Assembly: GCA_964036045.1 (NCBI GenBank) | Contig: OZ038378.1 | Span: 146,196,001-146,260,000, forward strand | DNA length: 64,000 nucleotides | Source of the DNA: Eutreptiella sp. 'Long Island Sound 2002' | Lineage: Eukaryota; Protista; Euglenida | Reading direction: 5' to 3' | Shown: in pieces, positions 49,014 to 62,540 of the stretch | Numbering within the stretch: the first letter of the stretch is position 1 | Layout of the letters: every line of letters starts with the position of its first letter | The notes under the pieces: model-generated | The model's input: only the letters and a program-made list of their open reading frames with translations | What the model was told of the DNA's origin: nothing | Databases searched by the model: none | Program-made: the position numbers and the translations under genes

Positions 49014-52000
49014 AGCATGGACCTCTTTCATCGACTGATTCTCTCCTTGGACAGCCTTGACACCGCTGGATTGCTGTGCCACCCACATGCCTGCCATGCC
49101 CTGGCTCCACCGTCCAATAATAGCCCTTGTCCTGTCACACCAGAGAGCCAAACGCCGCTTGCTGCCGGGATGCTAGGCCACGGGTTCCACCCCCACCAGC
49201 GAATTCCTCCCCTGTGGTGACACCTCCATCCTCATTCGGTCCTTTGCAAATAGAGTGAGTTGGTTTTTTTCCGTTGGTAGCCCCCCCCCCCCCCCTTCCC
49301 CGTACAGGCAGACCTGTCGGTTTGGGTTTTTATATTTCCTATTTTTAAGCCAGGGCGAGTTTCAGGCTTCCACTGCGCAGACGGCGCCCTAGGACACCAA
49401 CGAAGGCCGGCACCGACCAGACACTGGCGGGCGAAGATTCCAAAGCTGGCACTTCATCCCTTTCCCTGCTACTCTTGCCTGGCAGTCCCGGTTGCTGCAT
49501 CTGGGTGCGCCCCCCCCCGCAGCCCACCACCAATTTTCCTCTCCTCCTTGTGTGGTGTTTCTTGCGAGACATCTTTGGCCCATCTCTGCACGTCCTGTGC
49601 CCCTCGTTGACTGTGACCCCCCGGGGACATTTGGAGAGGGCGATCACACATGTGGGGCCCCTTGTATTTATGCCTTTTCCACTTGCACCTGACCATGACC
49701 CCAGTGTGCTGAACCTTGACCACGGGTATCCTTTGTAAATGGGCTAACCCACCCCCATTGGGACTGCATCATTGGACTCATGGACTGGTATCCCCCCCCC
49801 AAAAAAAAGAGAGAGACGAAAGATGGTACCTTTTGCTGTTTTGGAGGGATAGAGATGATGTGATGTGGATCTGCCCGGGTGGCACCATGTCATGAAGAGT
49901 AAGGTGCAGGCGGTCGTTAAAACCATGCGCAAGGTACCAAGAAAATACATTTTGGTGGTGCTCATCCACGCAAGCCCAGACAACAAGTCCTAATTGTGTG
50001 CCATGCACCACTTGTGCGCACTTTCATCCAATCCAATGCACCCGTTCAATCATCCTTGGGCTGGTCTGAGAAGCTGCGCAATGCTGGGCCTTGAGTAGTT
50101 CAACACAGCCCAGGATATGGACCACAGCAATGTTCAGAATGCAGTGATCGGGCCTCTGCCTTTGGAGGTCCAAGCAAAGAACAGAAGGTTGAACATCTTT
50201 TTGCAAACTGCCCTGTACATGCAGACAAATCATATCTTTGCACATCACATCCTTACGTTACACACCCTCACTGAGGACATGCAGCTCATTCAAACCATCC
50301 AATGCAAGAGAGCCATCCCTGCCATTCCATTGCCACCCGTCCAAGGATGAGAGCAGCCATCAGCTGGTCCCCGCTGTTCGGGCTGAGTTCCCTCCCGGAC
50401 AGGCTTTACAACACATTGCAGCACAAGCACACACGACACAAAAGCGACAACTCAAATTCTATTGCCTCTAGCAAGGCACCTCAAAGAGAGTGCTAGCACA
50501 CTAGAGTCAGTCAATTAGGCCAACAGTTAGCCAATCACTCAGTCAGTCAGTCAGTCAGGCAGGCAGGCATGTAGGCAGAAACACCCAGTTTGGCTTTTTT
50601 GGTGGCGGCGTGCATCTACAAGCGATGGTGAACCTCATGTGTGCAGGCAAAGTCAGTGGTTGAGTGGAAAACCAGTTCGCAGATGGCCGAACGTAGGCTC
50701 AAATCCTGTACTTGATAGCCGACCGTGTGATGGGGTGTCCTTCCGCTGTTTTGCGGACCAGGGCTTGAATCCCACTGAGCACAAACTTTAGAACCCACCC
50801 CCCATCCACCCCCCCCCCCACACCCCCAAATACGGGGTGCCAGAGACTTCAAAATCGAAAATTTCATTGGGGGATCATTTTGTCTCGCAAAACAATGATT
50901 TCACAAGGGGTTAGACATCCAATGTCATGCCTTGGGGTATGCTACGCGAACAACCGCCCCAAAAAGGGGGGTGCATGGCGTCCATGCCCGCGCGTGATCC
51001 AACGACCCCTCTTCGAGGTGATTTTCTCAGTGTGCCGTTGTCCTGTTTGGAACCAGGGTGCACGACGGTGCACACACAAAAGCAAGATCTCGGATTGCCT
51101 TGGGGGCCCATAACGCGCAACAATGCTCTTCGGGTTTTATATCGCACGCCCCCGCCCGGCCAAGAATGGTGGGGTTGACGGACTTTCGCTTCAAAAGGGG
51201 GGGGGGGGGTCACAGGAGCCCCCTGACTGGACACCCCCACCCCCCGAAAGGGCTCCCGTGACGGGACCCCCCAAAGCAACCCAGGAACATCCCAGGTTTC
51301 CATGGATGTGGGCGGGGGGGGGGGTTACTACAAGGCAGAAAGGGGGACGGGGGGGGGGGGGGTTGGCAGGGGATTGGAAGGGGAGGGGGGCACTTACTTG
51401 CAGTGAGAGTACATGCAGGTCAAACCCTAAATCAAGACTGAATATTGGGACTGAGCTGGTGGGGAAGGGAACATCGGCTACAGGGCTGCATCAGGATGCA
51501 TATTTAGGGACACAAGAACGATTCCCGCCAAGTGCCCCTTCCGGCGCCCTTGGTGCCAATGGAAATCATGGTCTCTGTCACGGGAGCCCTTTTCCAAGCC
51601 CCCCCCCCCCCTTTTTAGCCCCCCTGCCCCCCCCCCCAAGCGAAATCCGCCACCGCATGCAGCACTCATCCACCCCCCCCCCCTTCCGGCCCCCCACAGG
51701 CTGTACTGCAGGAAGACCTCATGAAGCTCTGCCTGAATCCCTTGGGACGCATGGCCTGGTGCTTGAAATATGCACAAACCAACAGCTCAGTCAAAGTGCC
51801 CTGCGGATCCCTTGAAGAGGTCAGGGAGGCTCTGTGTTGAACAGACTAAAGGGAGCAGATGGTGTGCTGCCTGCACGAAGGAGGCCACTGTGCCCCCCCT
51901 CCCCCCCTGCCGCCCCCATAATTTGGAAACCATGCCTCACGTGTCAGCTCGGTTTTGTGCGTTCCATTTCTCAATGGCTGGCCCCGGTACTGAGGCAATA

Positions 52001-53571
52001 CGTGTTGATGAACACATCTGCTGTTCCCTAGACCGCGAATGGGAATTGGGGGCCTGGGGGGGCGGGGGGGCTGCATGGGTCTTGAGGTTAGAAGGGCCGC
52101 ACGGAGCAGGGCTTGGAACATCATCAAGGGTGCTGATGTTCACCCTCTTCAAGAGCTGCAATCTCGATTTAACTTCGACAATCCGAATCGATGGCTGCCC
52201 GTGTTGTGTCACCGTAGCGTAAACCAGACGTCACACGAATCCACAACCTCGACACAGCCATTTCCATGAACGCGAGCACTACGCAACGTCAGCTGCCAGC
52301 CTAATAGACGAAGGGTGATGCCCTGGTGAGAAACTGGTAGGAAAGAGGAGGATCATCTTTGGAGGAGAATCCCTGGGAGCCACAAGAGTTCAGCTGATGT
52401 CCTTGCACCCACAGAGGACTCTCTGGCGGGCGCCTGCTTTTGTCTCTCTGGACCTCTACTCACCATGCCAGCTGGAACATGCAGGATGCTTCCCTGACAA
52501 CCTGTGGGCAACGCCATGGAGGAAGCTACTTGCAAGGTCATGCATCTTTTGGCAGCCTGTGCACTCCATGACTAGGGGCAACTGCACAAATTTGTGTCCG
52601 GAGGGCTGCAAAACGAGGCAAAATCACGTCAGTACAGAATCAAAGAAGAGGCCATGATTACACATGCGTGAGTGTGGGAACGTGCATGCGTGCACATGTG
52701 TGTACCATGCCGCAAATTTCACATTTGCTCGAACTACAGTATCAAGCGAGGACGTCGAAAGAAGGCATAGTGCCCGGCCATGCACATGTGTGTGTGCGTC
52801 CATTTGTGGGTCAGGGTTAGTGGGAAAGCGAAGAGGTGTGTCACTTGTTGTTAGCAGGTGGGCGACACAGTGGCGGTGGTAAATGGCAGACATTCGGTGG
52901 TTCCTTGCGCTGCCCCCATGTGCCCCAAGGAACAGACTGGCAAGGCCGTTCTTGTTCCTCCATCGCGAACTCTAACTCCCAACCCCAACCTCGAAATTAG
53001 CGCCGCTTCACTGTGTGTATGTGGGCGGCTATGCTGGCGGGGGGGGGGGGGGGGCAGCATAGTCAAGAGGGCCATAGCCTTTTTCGGTTGGGGGTAGCTA
53101 CACCCTGGCGCCATTCGCCGCTTCGTAGGTAACGCAGATCATAGATCCAGTTGTGGAGAATGTGAATGTTACGCACGGATACGTCTATGCGTCCCGGGCC
53201 CAGACTCGCAATACGCTCGGCTACAGCAGGATACCCACTGATATCTGGAATACACGAAGGACACATACATGGAAACCAAACGCTCACAGTGGTCTGTTCC
53301 GGTCTGCGTCTACATGCGTGCAGCAGGGCTGGAAAAAGTGGATATCCAGGGCAGAGGAAAAGACATTTGCGGGGATACATGCCGTTTCCACACAGGATAC
53401 ATGGGATACAAATGGGATACTTGCAGGAAAAAAACAAGCGGGGTACAAAGGCTTAAACAGGGGATGTACAATACACGGAGTACTCTGTACATCTTCCTAC
53501 ACATTACTGTTCTGCACCAATCAGGCGCCTGCCATGGAGGTCCTCCGCAAACGTTTCTGCTGGCCTCCAAT

Positions 53572-53695
53572 CTACACCTTCTCCACTCCACCCATGGTGT
53601 GCGTGAAGTACCCGTTGTAGTCCAATCGAAGCAGCAGCCCAGAAAGCACCATCTCCTGCTTCTTGGTGGACAAAATGGTGAACAGGAAATGGAAC
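53572..53695 (-). CDS. TUBGCP4: Gamma-tubulin complex component 4, terminal exon
   Basis: FHFLFTILSTKKQEMVLSGLLLRLDYNGYFT contains the LLLRLDYNxY(F/Y) signature ending GCP grip2 domains. Acceptor TTGCAG|G, stop TAG. Confidence 0.93.
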
Positions 53696-54884
53696 CTGCA
53701 ATCGGAGACCACTGGATGAGTCGAGGGTGCAGGAAGGTGCTGCTGTGAGGGTAAGGCCAAGACAGACATTGATTTTCGCCTGTGGCTAAGGTCTGCAGTG
53801 CACGACTTCTTTAGAGAGAGGGATGACAGTTTTGTTGTTTTGCTGCGCTTTGTTCTTGTTAGACCGGCAGTGCTGGATCAAGGAGTCATCATCATCATCA
53901 AGGAAAGGCAGGTATTGTCCAGCCCCTCCCCCACTCACCCATCCGTTCTGCTCTGCCGATGTACAGCTGAGGCCTGAACTAGCAGTCTTTCGCAAGAACA
54001 GAACCTCAGGACTCTTTGAACACCGGGCCAGACGCAAATACCAGGATGACGGCAGTGGTTGTAGAGGGGAGGAGGGTGTGGGAAGGGGGGAGGGTGGGGA
54101 GGGGAGGGGTGTGTGCGCAAGGGGGGATTCAGAGGGGTGCTACGTGGGTTTTTTGCTTTCGTTCTGGCACCCCATGAGTGTCATGGGTGTCAAGTGTGTG
54201 CAGGGGCGTAGAAAAACTGTATTAAGGAGGGAAACTAGCACAGGTCAGGGTCAGGCATGCATCACAGGCTCTCCTCTTTTCACAGTTGGGCCCCCAGTAG
54301 ATCAGGATCCCTGCACCTGTCCCCTCAGTGTTGCCACGAAGTGCTTGTGTTGTGTTGTGCTGCCACCAAGCCTGTGCCGGCCACAAATGATGGACACGTG
54401 CAGTGGGCCATGGAGCCACTGACTTCCAGGACACACACGGGTGGCCAAACAGTGAAGACCAGGATGACTGCCAGTGCAGAGCCCCAGCCAACATAGCCCA
54501 GTCAGCAAGAGAGCAGTGCCAGATGTGGACACAGAGTGGATGCCAAAGCTGAGAACACAACACAAGCACTTGGTGGCAACACAACACAATACAAGGGCAA
54601 CAAAATAGCTTCAACACTGTTGCCCCACCCTTTGCCTTCCCCTACTCCACTCCAATACCCTCTCGCTCTCTCACACACATCACGTCCTTCTCACATCTCC
54701 CCACATTACTTCCTGCCACACACCCTACTCCCTTTTCCAGTGTGCTGCACACACATACATTGTCTATGGGCCTGGTGAGAAAAGCCGTTTTCAGGCCGTT
54801 ATGGGTTGGCTGAGTGACCTCCGACCACCCCTAGTGACAGTAGGGCTTCCCAGGGAATGAAGCTTTCAGCCTCAACAATTCAAA

Positions 54885-55135
54885 ACACCAAATTTCCAAA
54901 ACTGATTTTTTTCGATATTATGACCACCCGCAATGATCAAATATCCCATGCAAAGCATCTTTTGGACCCTGATTGTGTGTATTCTGGTCCACTTGGCCTT
55001 TGGGTGCCAGGGTGGGGTCCTTTCCAAGGAATGGGTGTACGTATGCCTTGCCCATGCAGGTTTCAGCCTCCTCGGATCAAAAATCAAACTTTCCAAAACC
55101 ACCTTTTTCGACATTGTGACCACCCATAATAATCA
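54885..55135 (+). repeat. Diverged monomers of the ~195-bp element repeat (also about 57950-58075 in reverse, and a diverged 5' segment at about 50880-50980)
   Basis: AAAA..AAATTTCCAAAACTGATTTTTTTCGATATTATGACCACCCGCAATGATC..ATATCCCATGCAAAGCATC resembles AAAAATCGAAGTTTTCGAAACTTGTTTTTTTGATATTGTGACCACCTAAAATGACCATCCAAGCTATGTAAAGCATG. Confidence 0.6.
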
Positions 55136-56430
55136 AAGATCACATGGTGTGATTTGCCACAGCCACTAGATTGTGAACCGGGCAATCCAACTGTTTGCTA
55201 GTGCTGCGCAACCACCTCTAGGGGCACCACAGGAGCAGTAATCAATCCCTCTTCGAGATGCCTTGCTGAAGGCATTAGAGTTTGATGAGAAATAAATACT
55301 GCTGAATGGGAGTGTTGCTTTGCACACTAGTGTGACGCAAAGCATGACTCAAAACGTGACTGCTCACTGAGCACTGCTGTCAAGGGAGCCATGATTGGTG
55401 GAGTAGCAGCAAAATTGGCATAACGAAACAAAAAACCGAACCACCCCCTTTGCTGGCACAGTGCACCCTGCTTTTGGCATGCACGGGGCCATGCCAAAAG
55501 CATCTTGGATCTTGGAAACTGGGAGCTAGCCCCCAGGACCCCCGTCATTGGTTAGAGGGTCCATATAGAAGAAAAGTGGAATGGGACCTGGGTCCAAATT
55601 GACGCACAGTGGCGGCTATAGGCCAACCAATTTTTGCCCACTACAGTGCAAACAGGCCCAAAACAAGCTTTCGGGGGCAATAAGCACCACTAGGAGGGCC
55701 TAGTTTGTGCTACATGGATCCCCATGGGTTTATACGTACTCCCATTGTCACCAAATGATCACCCAACAACAGCCCGAGGGTCCCCAGGGGTTGTTGGAAG
55801 TCACCCAGAAATTGCAACTCTTCAGCCCACCCATAACCGCCTGAAAACGGCCAAGTACCCCGCCCCCGTACCCCGCTCCCTAGTTACACTGGTTGACTAT
55901 CAAGTGCACTGGTTGACCATGAAGCACTGCCAAGTTACTCATGCGGTGTTGAATGTGTCACATACCCCTCAAATTTTAGGTGCCTTGAGGAAATCTGGTT
56001 TTTTCCCTGAGGAAAAGTTTCTAATGTGGGTGGGTGGTTGGGTTGGCAGGGGGCATGTTGCTCTTTTCTCAGGGGCTGGCAAGCAATCCGCAGCAAGCAA
56101 CGGAGGTGTTGAAGGCAAACATGGCGCAACCAATAGGAGTGGCAAGGCAACCAATTGATAGGGTAGTTAGTCTACAAGGGTGGTCAAAAAGCAACAAAAT
56201 TGTGTGTGCTCACACACCACCCTGGTTCTTTGAGATCACTGGAAATGCAGTGTAACAGCAGTACGCTGAGAAAAATGGGATGTAGGTGGTGGTCATGACC
56301 CTGCGAAAGGATTGCTGGTGAGAGAGAGAGGTGTACCAGTAGTGTCCCAGTGTTCTGTTCATTGTTCAAAGGGAGGGGATGCACCCAGCAGCACCAGCGA
56401 CACGCACATCAGATGAAGTCAGGATGGAAC

Positions 56431-56534
56431 CTGCGGTCGAAATTGGTGGTCAGCCCCAAAACCTCCGACATGTCCAACTGGTCCAAATGGAATGCGGCGT
56501 TCTCCTGAGTTACTGACTCCCCACGCCAACCAAC
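56431..56534 (-). CDS. TUBGCP4: Gamma-tubulin complex component 4 exon
   Basis: ...ENAAFHLDQLDMSEVLGLTTNFDRR supplies the missing helix with F at the expected position. Pyrimidine-rich acceptor TTTCGGCAG|G (phase 0), donor CGCAG|GTTCC (phase 2); both phases match the neighbouring exons. Confidence 0.75.
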
Positions 56535-58429
56535 CTGCCGAAACGCAACGAGGGCAAAAAGCAATTGATGTCATTGTGCAGAAGAGGGAGACTCAGCATG
56601 ATGGACCACCCAAGGGACACCATGAAAGGATGTTTGCAACATTGTGACGCGCGTGCGTGTGTTAAAAAAAAAAGAGCGGTGTGTGGCACCAATGACAGAG
56701 TAAACAGTTCTATAGGCTGGGTTTGCAGATTCTTCTTCATGCAGAGATCTTGTGGCCAATTGCCAAGGCGCACCCTCAAGCGCGCCCAAACACAGGGACA
56801 TGTGGTCTTCTTCGTGGGGCATACAATTGCAGTTGTTGTATCTTCCCCCATTTTCGACATTGGTGGCCTTGTCTGCTGCTGCCAAGTGTCCTCGTCCCAC
56901 TCGCTGATAGCAAATGAGTGAATGACTTGAATGAAGGTACGTCGGAAGGTATGTCTGACGGCTTTGTCTCGAGAAAAGCAAAACTGACTATGAAAATGCC
57001 GGCAAACGCATCTTGCCTCGTATTTGGCGCATGCGAGCGGTTAGACATGGTCAGAATTGCATTTCTTTTCATGATGGAAAATAACTTCATATTGCAACGG
57101 GGGGCTTTTGATGCCAAGATGCATAATTCAACAAACTTCGGGTTTGGAATTGCTAAATATTCAGCTCTTGAGACTGAAAAGTGCTCAAGCAGTCTGTGAC
57201 CAACCTTTGCCATTTGAAACCCCATCATCAGTGGCGAAATAGGGTGGATATCACACAGACAGATGGCAGATAGTTTTTTTATCATTGTGGGCAGTCACAA
57301 CATCCGAATCTGAAAAATGGTTTTGAAAATTTACCATTTGTGCACCAGCCCTTGCCCTTACAAGGTCCTGGCACTCAGTGGCAAAATAAAGTACCCTCCC
57401 CCCCCCTGAAATCTCCCCCCATAGTGCAGCAACAACCGTCTCCCCCCTAAGGGGCGGGGGGGACGGTCCCCTAGTGACAGTCTCACAACCTAGGCACCCG
57501 GTTGGGCAGCCAACACAGGAAGGGCATCCAGCACTCCGGGGGGTCGTAGGACTTCAGCACGGAAGGCCAAGGCGTGTGCACGTCGTTGGCAGGGGCGGCC
57601 ATTGCACGATCCGAGTGCAATGTGTTGAATGTGAAGAATGCGGCAGATGGCCACCAGACCTTGGCGGCCATGGAGGGATGCCGAGGCAGAACTACCCCAA
57701 GGGCAGTCGGCGTCACGCAGGGCGCTGGAAGTCGCAAGAAGGCCGAAATTCCCACGGCACATGACCGGCCGCAATGTGCCTTGTGCAGCAGCAAACAGGC
57801 AGTACACACCATGCATGCACCGCGGGCACGACGTCGCCCTGTGTAGCATGCGGGCGGGTAGCGGGACAAAAGGGTTGTGGCTCGGGTGAGTCAGCCTCAC
57901 CATGGGGACGTTCACAACAAAAGGCCTGAAAACCACCTTCAGAGGACCGAAAACACGTTCTACATGTGTTTTATTTGATCTTGAGTGGTTACATGTGAGT
58001 TGATTTGATCATTATGAGTCGTCACAGTATCCCCAAAAGCCGGTTTTGGAATTTTCGATTTTTGAGTTGTTCAAGTTGCAAACTGCTGCCATTTCCTGAA
58101 CACCACCACAGCCGAGGTGCTTTCTTAAGGCTGGGTGGATCTAACAACAGCGCTTGCAATGTGAGTTTGGCAGCAGATGATGCAGGAGTGCCCTTGCCTC
58201 CCTTGCAAAAAGGGACACCTTTGCCGGCTTTCATTGCTGATAGCGCTGAGTGTCATTATCCATTCAAGGGTTTGCAGGACATACTACTGCCTGAGATTGG
58301 GCGCCAAACTGGCATAACAGCAGGTCGTTTGTGGTAGGGGCTGTCCTCATCGTAGGTGGACAAGGGGGCCAAAAGTGTGTGTTGGTGATACGTGGGCCCA
58401 GCCCCACCTGCCGCGCACATTGCAGAAAC

Positions 58430-58620
58430 CTCGTGTGTCTTCCCCCGGGGCCGCGCCAGAGATGAAGGCTCTTGGCATGGCCAGCCCAACTTGTTGGTGA
58501 TGTTGACCAGGCTGATGCAGTGCATGAAGAGCTCCTCAAGCGACGTACAGAGCACGTGATGGTCCAGAAAGCAGGCGCTGACCAGCCCGTGAATGTACTT
58601 CTCATGCGCCCGGTGAGCCC
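58430..58620 (-). CDS. TUBGCP4: Gamma-tubulin complex component 4 exon
   Basis: AHRAHEKYIHGLVSACFLDHHVLCTSLEELFMHCISLV matches GCP4 IRLAHDHFLSNLLAQSF...LNEILDLC. Acceptor TTGCCAG|GG (phase 1), donor GAG|GTTTCT (phase 0). An alternative donor exists at 58408. Confidence 0.85.
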
Positions 58621-60934
58621 CTGGCAAGGAAGGACCAGGCATCATCAGAGGCTGAATGAAAATATGACTGATCAGAGAATCCGAAGGGGCCACTCACAGG
58701 CCGATGGGTAGGACGACACCGAAGTGGATGACGAGGAGCACGACGAGGAGGGCGACAAGGAGGAGGACAGCAACGAAGACAAGAGTGGTTGCCTTTTTGG
58801 TGCCTGCCCCGTTCCCCCTCGTCGTTACGGCAAAAGAGCCTGACCCTGGCCGGCTGTTGGCCACGAAACCCCTTTTTGGTGTGGCCGCATGCGTCGCTGC
58901 AAGGCAAAGGACTCCACACAGCTTTGCCACTCACACCGTCTGTCGCAAGTGGAGTGTGCCCTGACAACGGTTGGCCTGTAACCGCCGGCAGTTGGCCCAT
59001 GACCACCGGCCCTGGGCTTGTGTGTTCACATGAAAAAAAAAACAAGAACTGTGGGCGTCCTTAAACAACATCTTATCTGTGCACAGCATTGCCGCCAGCG
59101 GGTTCTCGCATGCCGGTTCCCCGTACCTGTCTTGCCCAGCCGCCCCCTGCATACAGCCGGCCAGCTGCGGAAACACTGCACCCGCTGTCCATGGCTTGGA
59201 GGCACATCTCCACGAACACGAAACCAAATGTGTTAGACCGGAAGTGTCAACCGACAAACCCCGACCCCACTTTTGATGACCCCACCCCCTAACTTTCACA
59301 GAACCGACTTCGACCAGCAAGAAGGCCATACCAGAAACGTGGCACTGGGCACCGGTTGTGCTCGTAGTAACCCCGAGCCTTCACGGAACACCCCCCAACA
59401 AGCAATGCAATGCATGTCACACAAAAAGATCTTGTGTTTGTGGTGCTGCATACGATATCAAATGCGATATCAAATGCGAACAAAACTGTGGTCCACCGCT
59501 GCGTACTGCTCCACCTGCGTATCCTCCCCTTGAGACAGCCCTGGCACTGCTGCCAACCCCCCATCATAGCCCAGTGGGAGCCACACAGCGAAGGGCAGGC
59601 TGCGCAAAAATGTCCAGAGAGACCGGATCCCCATGGCACACTAAGCAGCAGTGTGCCCCATTATCAGGCAGGCCACAGAACCCGCAAGACTCGGGAAGCG
59701 CAGCAACAAGTACACAAATCAACACACCGTTGGAATGTGATTCAGCTGTGCTGAGCCGCTAGAAAATTGGAAAATTTCTGACTTTTTGACCCATCTTGCC
59801 TCATTCAGCCCATGGCAAGTAGTGCATTGCGAAAATGGGTACTTCTGCACTGCCCCAACGAGGCTAGGCATCCGAGATGAAAGGTGAACAAATGACTTTG
59901 TGCGGAAGATGCATGCCGGGCTCCAGTGCACAGTGCCACAGTGGCATGGCTCCCTAATGATAAGCAACCAAGCATTTCCAATACGGTGTGAATCCTAATT
60001 CTTTGCGGAATCCTAAGTTTTGCGTTGGGTATTTTGCATTTTATTTTGGCAGAATTTTGCTAGCACCCCAAAATAGTGGAAAAGTATTTTATTTTTTGCA
60101 ATTTTTGGAACCCAATTTTGCGAAGGGCATGAAGCTGAAAATCAATTTTTTTGCGTTTTCTTTTGTGTTTAACCCAGTATTTTCGGGAAGTCATGGTTCA
60201 GTCATTTTGATGCCACTGCAAAGTACCTTGGGTATCTTGGACTCTGGGATTGCAGTCCATTCCTACAAAGGCATACAAATGTGCACCAGTTGGACTCTGG
60301 GATTGTAGTCCATAGCACAGACATGTAGACCAACAAGCAACTGTTTTGGATTATTCAGCCCCCCCAGGTTTTCAACCTACCAGTTCCAAAGTTCGTGTCG
60401 ATAACGGTGCACAATGCACAACAAACCCCTTTATCTGCTTTGGGGCACAACAAACGCAATCCCAGATGCCGTGGAAGAGACTGCAATGTGCAAAATGGGG
60501 CATGAGACGTGGAAGAGGGGGGAGGGGGGTCAACAAGCTTTGCCTCAAAAACAGCATCCCTCCTGCGATTCTGACATGGATTCACTCGAAAAGGGGGGGG
60601 TGGGGGGCAAAAATTATTTAATTTTTTCGATTTTCTTTGCGGAACTCATTTTTGCAGAAGGCATGAAGCTGAAAATTAATATTTTTTTGCGTTTTTTTTT
60701 GCGGTAAAACAACACCTTGTGCCAGGAATTAATTATTTCTGCAAATAATTAGGATTTGCACGATACGTGCCTTGCTTGGCTGCTCAGGTGAGCAGGTACC
60801 AGGACCCTGTGCAATACCCATAAATGCAAGCACATGTTGCCTAGAGCACCAGATCCAGCCAAGCCTCGTTCATGCCCCCTTTATCACGGCGCGTCGCAGA
60901 CACGGGGCAGGGAAGGGGATGGTCAAAAATCCAC

Positions 60935-61170
60935 CTTGAAAATCTTCTGCCTGGGATACACGCTTCATCAGTTGTGTGTAGTGCGTCTCGAGAACATCCA
61001 CTTGCAAATAATATGCAATGTTGTCTATAAAATGGGCCATGCGCTGCCGCAGGGAGATGAAAACGTTCAGCTTCTGTCTCCACAATGCAAGCTTTGGCAT
61101 CCAATTCCGGTCCATGGCCCTGGAGAACACAGGGTTGTCATGGGCGAAGCCACGGTGCAAGGGCCGTGGC
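60935..61170 (-). CDS. TUBGCP4: Gamma-tubulin complex component 4 exon
   Basis: LRQRMAHFIDNIAYYLQVDVLETHYTQLMKRVSQAEDF matches GCP4 LRNHMAFLVDNLQYYLQVDVLESQFSQLLHQINSTRDF. Acceptor TTCAG|G, donor CAAG|GTGG. Confidence 0.93.
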
Positions 61171-61559
61171 CTGAAGGTGCAACCATGGCAAAGGATTGCA
61201 TGGCGCGTGCTCAACCATCCTAGCTCTCCAGCTCCGGAATCCACAGCTTGACACTGGGCCCAAGGAAAATCAGGAAAGCCAAAACTGTGGAAAACCACAG
61301 AAAACTGTGCTTGTATTGCGGGGGGGGGGGGGGGCTTATCGGGAAAAAAGAATTTGTTTTACCAATGAAACCACCTGCATCCAACAATTTGCCTACAAAT
61401 AGTGGAAATGGACACTTTCCTCATAACAGTGAAACCGCCTTCAGTGTGTGGGGGCTCTGGTGATTGCTAAAGAGAAAATGGCAAAATTTGTGCACCCAAG
61501 GAGGCGTTCAGCACAGCACCAAGGAAGAAATATGCTCGTCAGTGGCAGAGGTACCTTTC

Positions 61560-62540
61560 TGTTACAAAGAGTGAGATACGAAGATGACCCTGAATGGGAC
61601 ACCTGCAGAGCTGGACCTTGCATGCCCACCGGACCTGCCGAAACATCCCCTGGAGGGCACTGATGGTTCCCTTAATCAGTCCCTGCTCCTAGGCCATCGC
61701 CAGGGGAGCATCATGTCGATGTACTTCATGTGCTCTATGCTAGCTACGACCAGCGGTCTCTTCAAGGCTTGCGCCAACTCTACCGGAAGTGGGAGCATGG
61801 TCGCTGCATCTGGCGAACCTTGCCCCAGTCGGATAGCATCTGCCTCTCCGTGCACCCATCCCTCCCACCAGCACATGGCGTCCTCCAGAGTACGATTGTC
61901 CAGATTCCATAGATTCAGCCCACGACTGTCAATGGCCAGAGCTTCATGCCCCCCTTTTCCCATGGGGATCAAGGAGGTGAAACCCTCAGCCACTCGGTCC
62001 AGACGCAGTTTTGGCAGATTTCTAGGGTGGCAGGGACGCAGTGGCCTAAGGGGTTGGCATACAACAACGGAGACCTCCACTCTACCACCTCACTAATGTC
62101 ATCTTGGTTGTAGCCACCCACACCCCCTGCCGGGGAGGGGTGGGGGGTGTTGAGCATAGGGAGACCTCTGTGGCACAGCCTGCACCACAGAGGGCGCCCC
62201 ACAAGTTGCCTAAGCCTGCTGGGCAATTGTTTCACACATTTTGGAGTTCGGAAGTCACGGGGTGCATCATTGCTGTGAGGTGCCCAATAGGGTGCCCACG
62301 CCTACGTTGCGTGCGTCCAAGAATTGCTGGATGTGCACCACGGCGTGCACCATCCAGTGCAGTTTCTGCATCTGATCCCACAAAGAAGCCCAGCACTTCC
62401 CGAATGGGTCACGGCACACAGCAGTGCAATTGCGTAAGCACATGCTCTGAACGTGTGTGCATGAAACTGTGGGCGTCATTGGCCTTCATCTTCCAAGCCA
62501 GCATGTCTTCCCTGCCATCCCACAAGCTCTACTTATGCTT
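61560..62540 (-). pseudogene. Decayed LINE-type reverse transcriptase remnant inside a TUBGCP4 intron
   Basis: Across frameshifts: EGFTSLIP-GKGG, then MKLWPLTVVG*IYGIW (RP(L/I)...Y..W motif), AIRLGQGSPDA (GFRPGRS..D), SIEHMKYIDMM (D..KAFD) and IQGHLRIS (QG.PLS), in the expected order and spacing. Confidence 0.7.
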
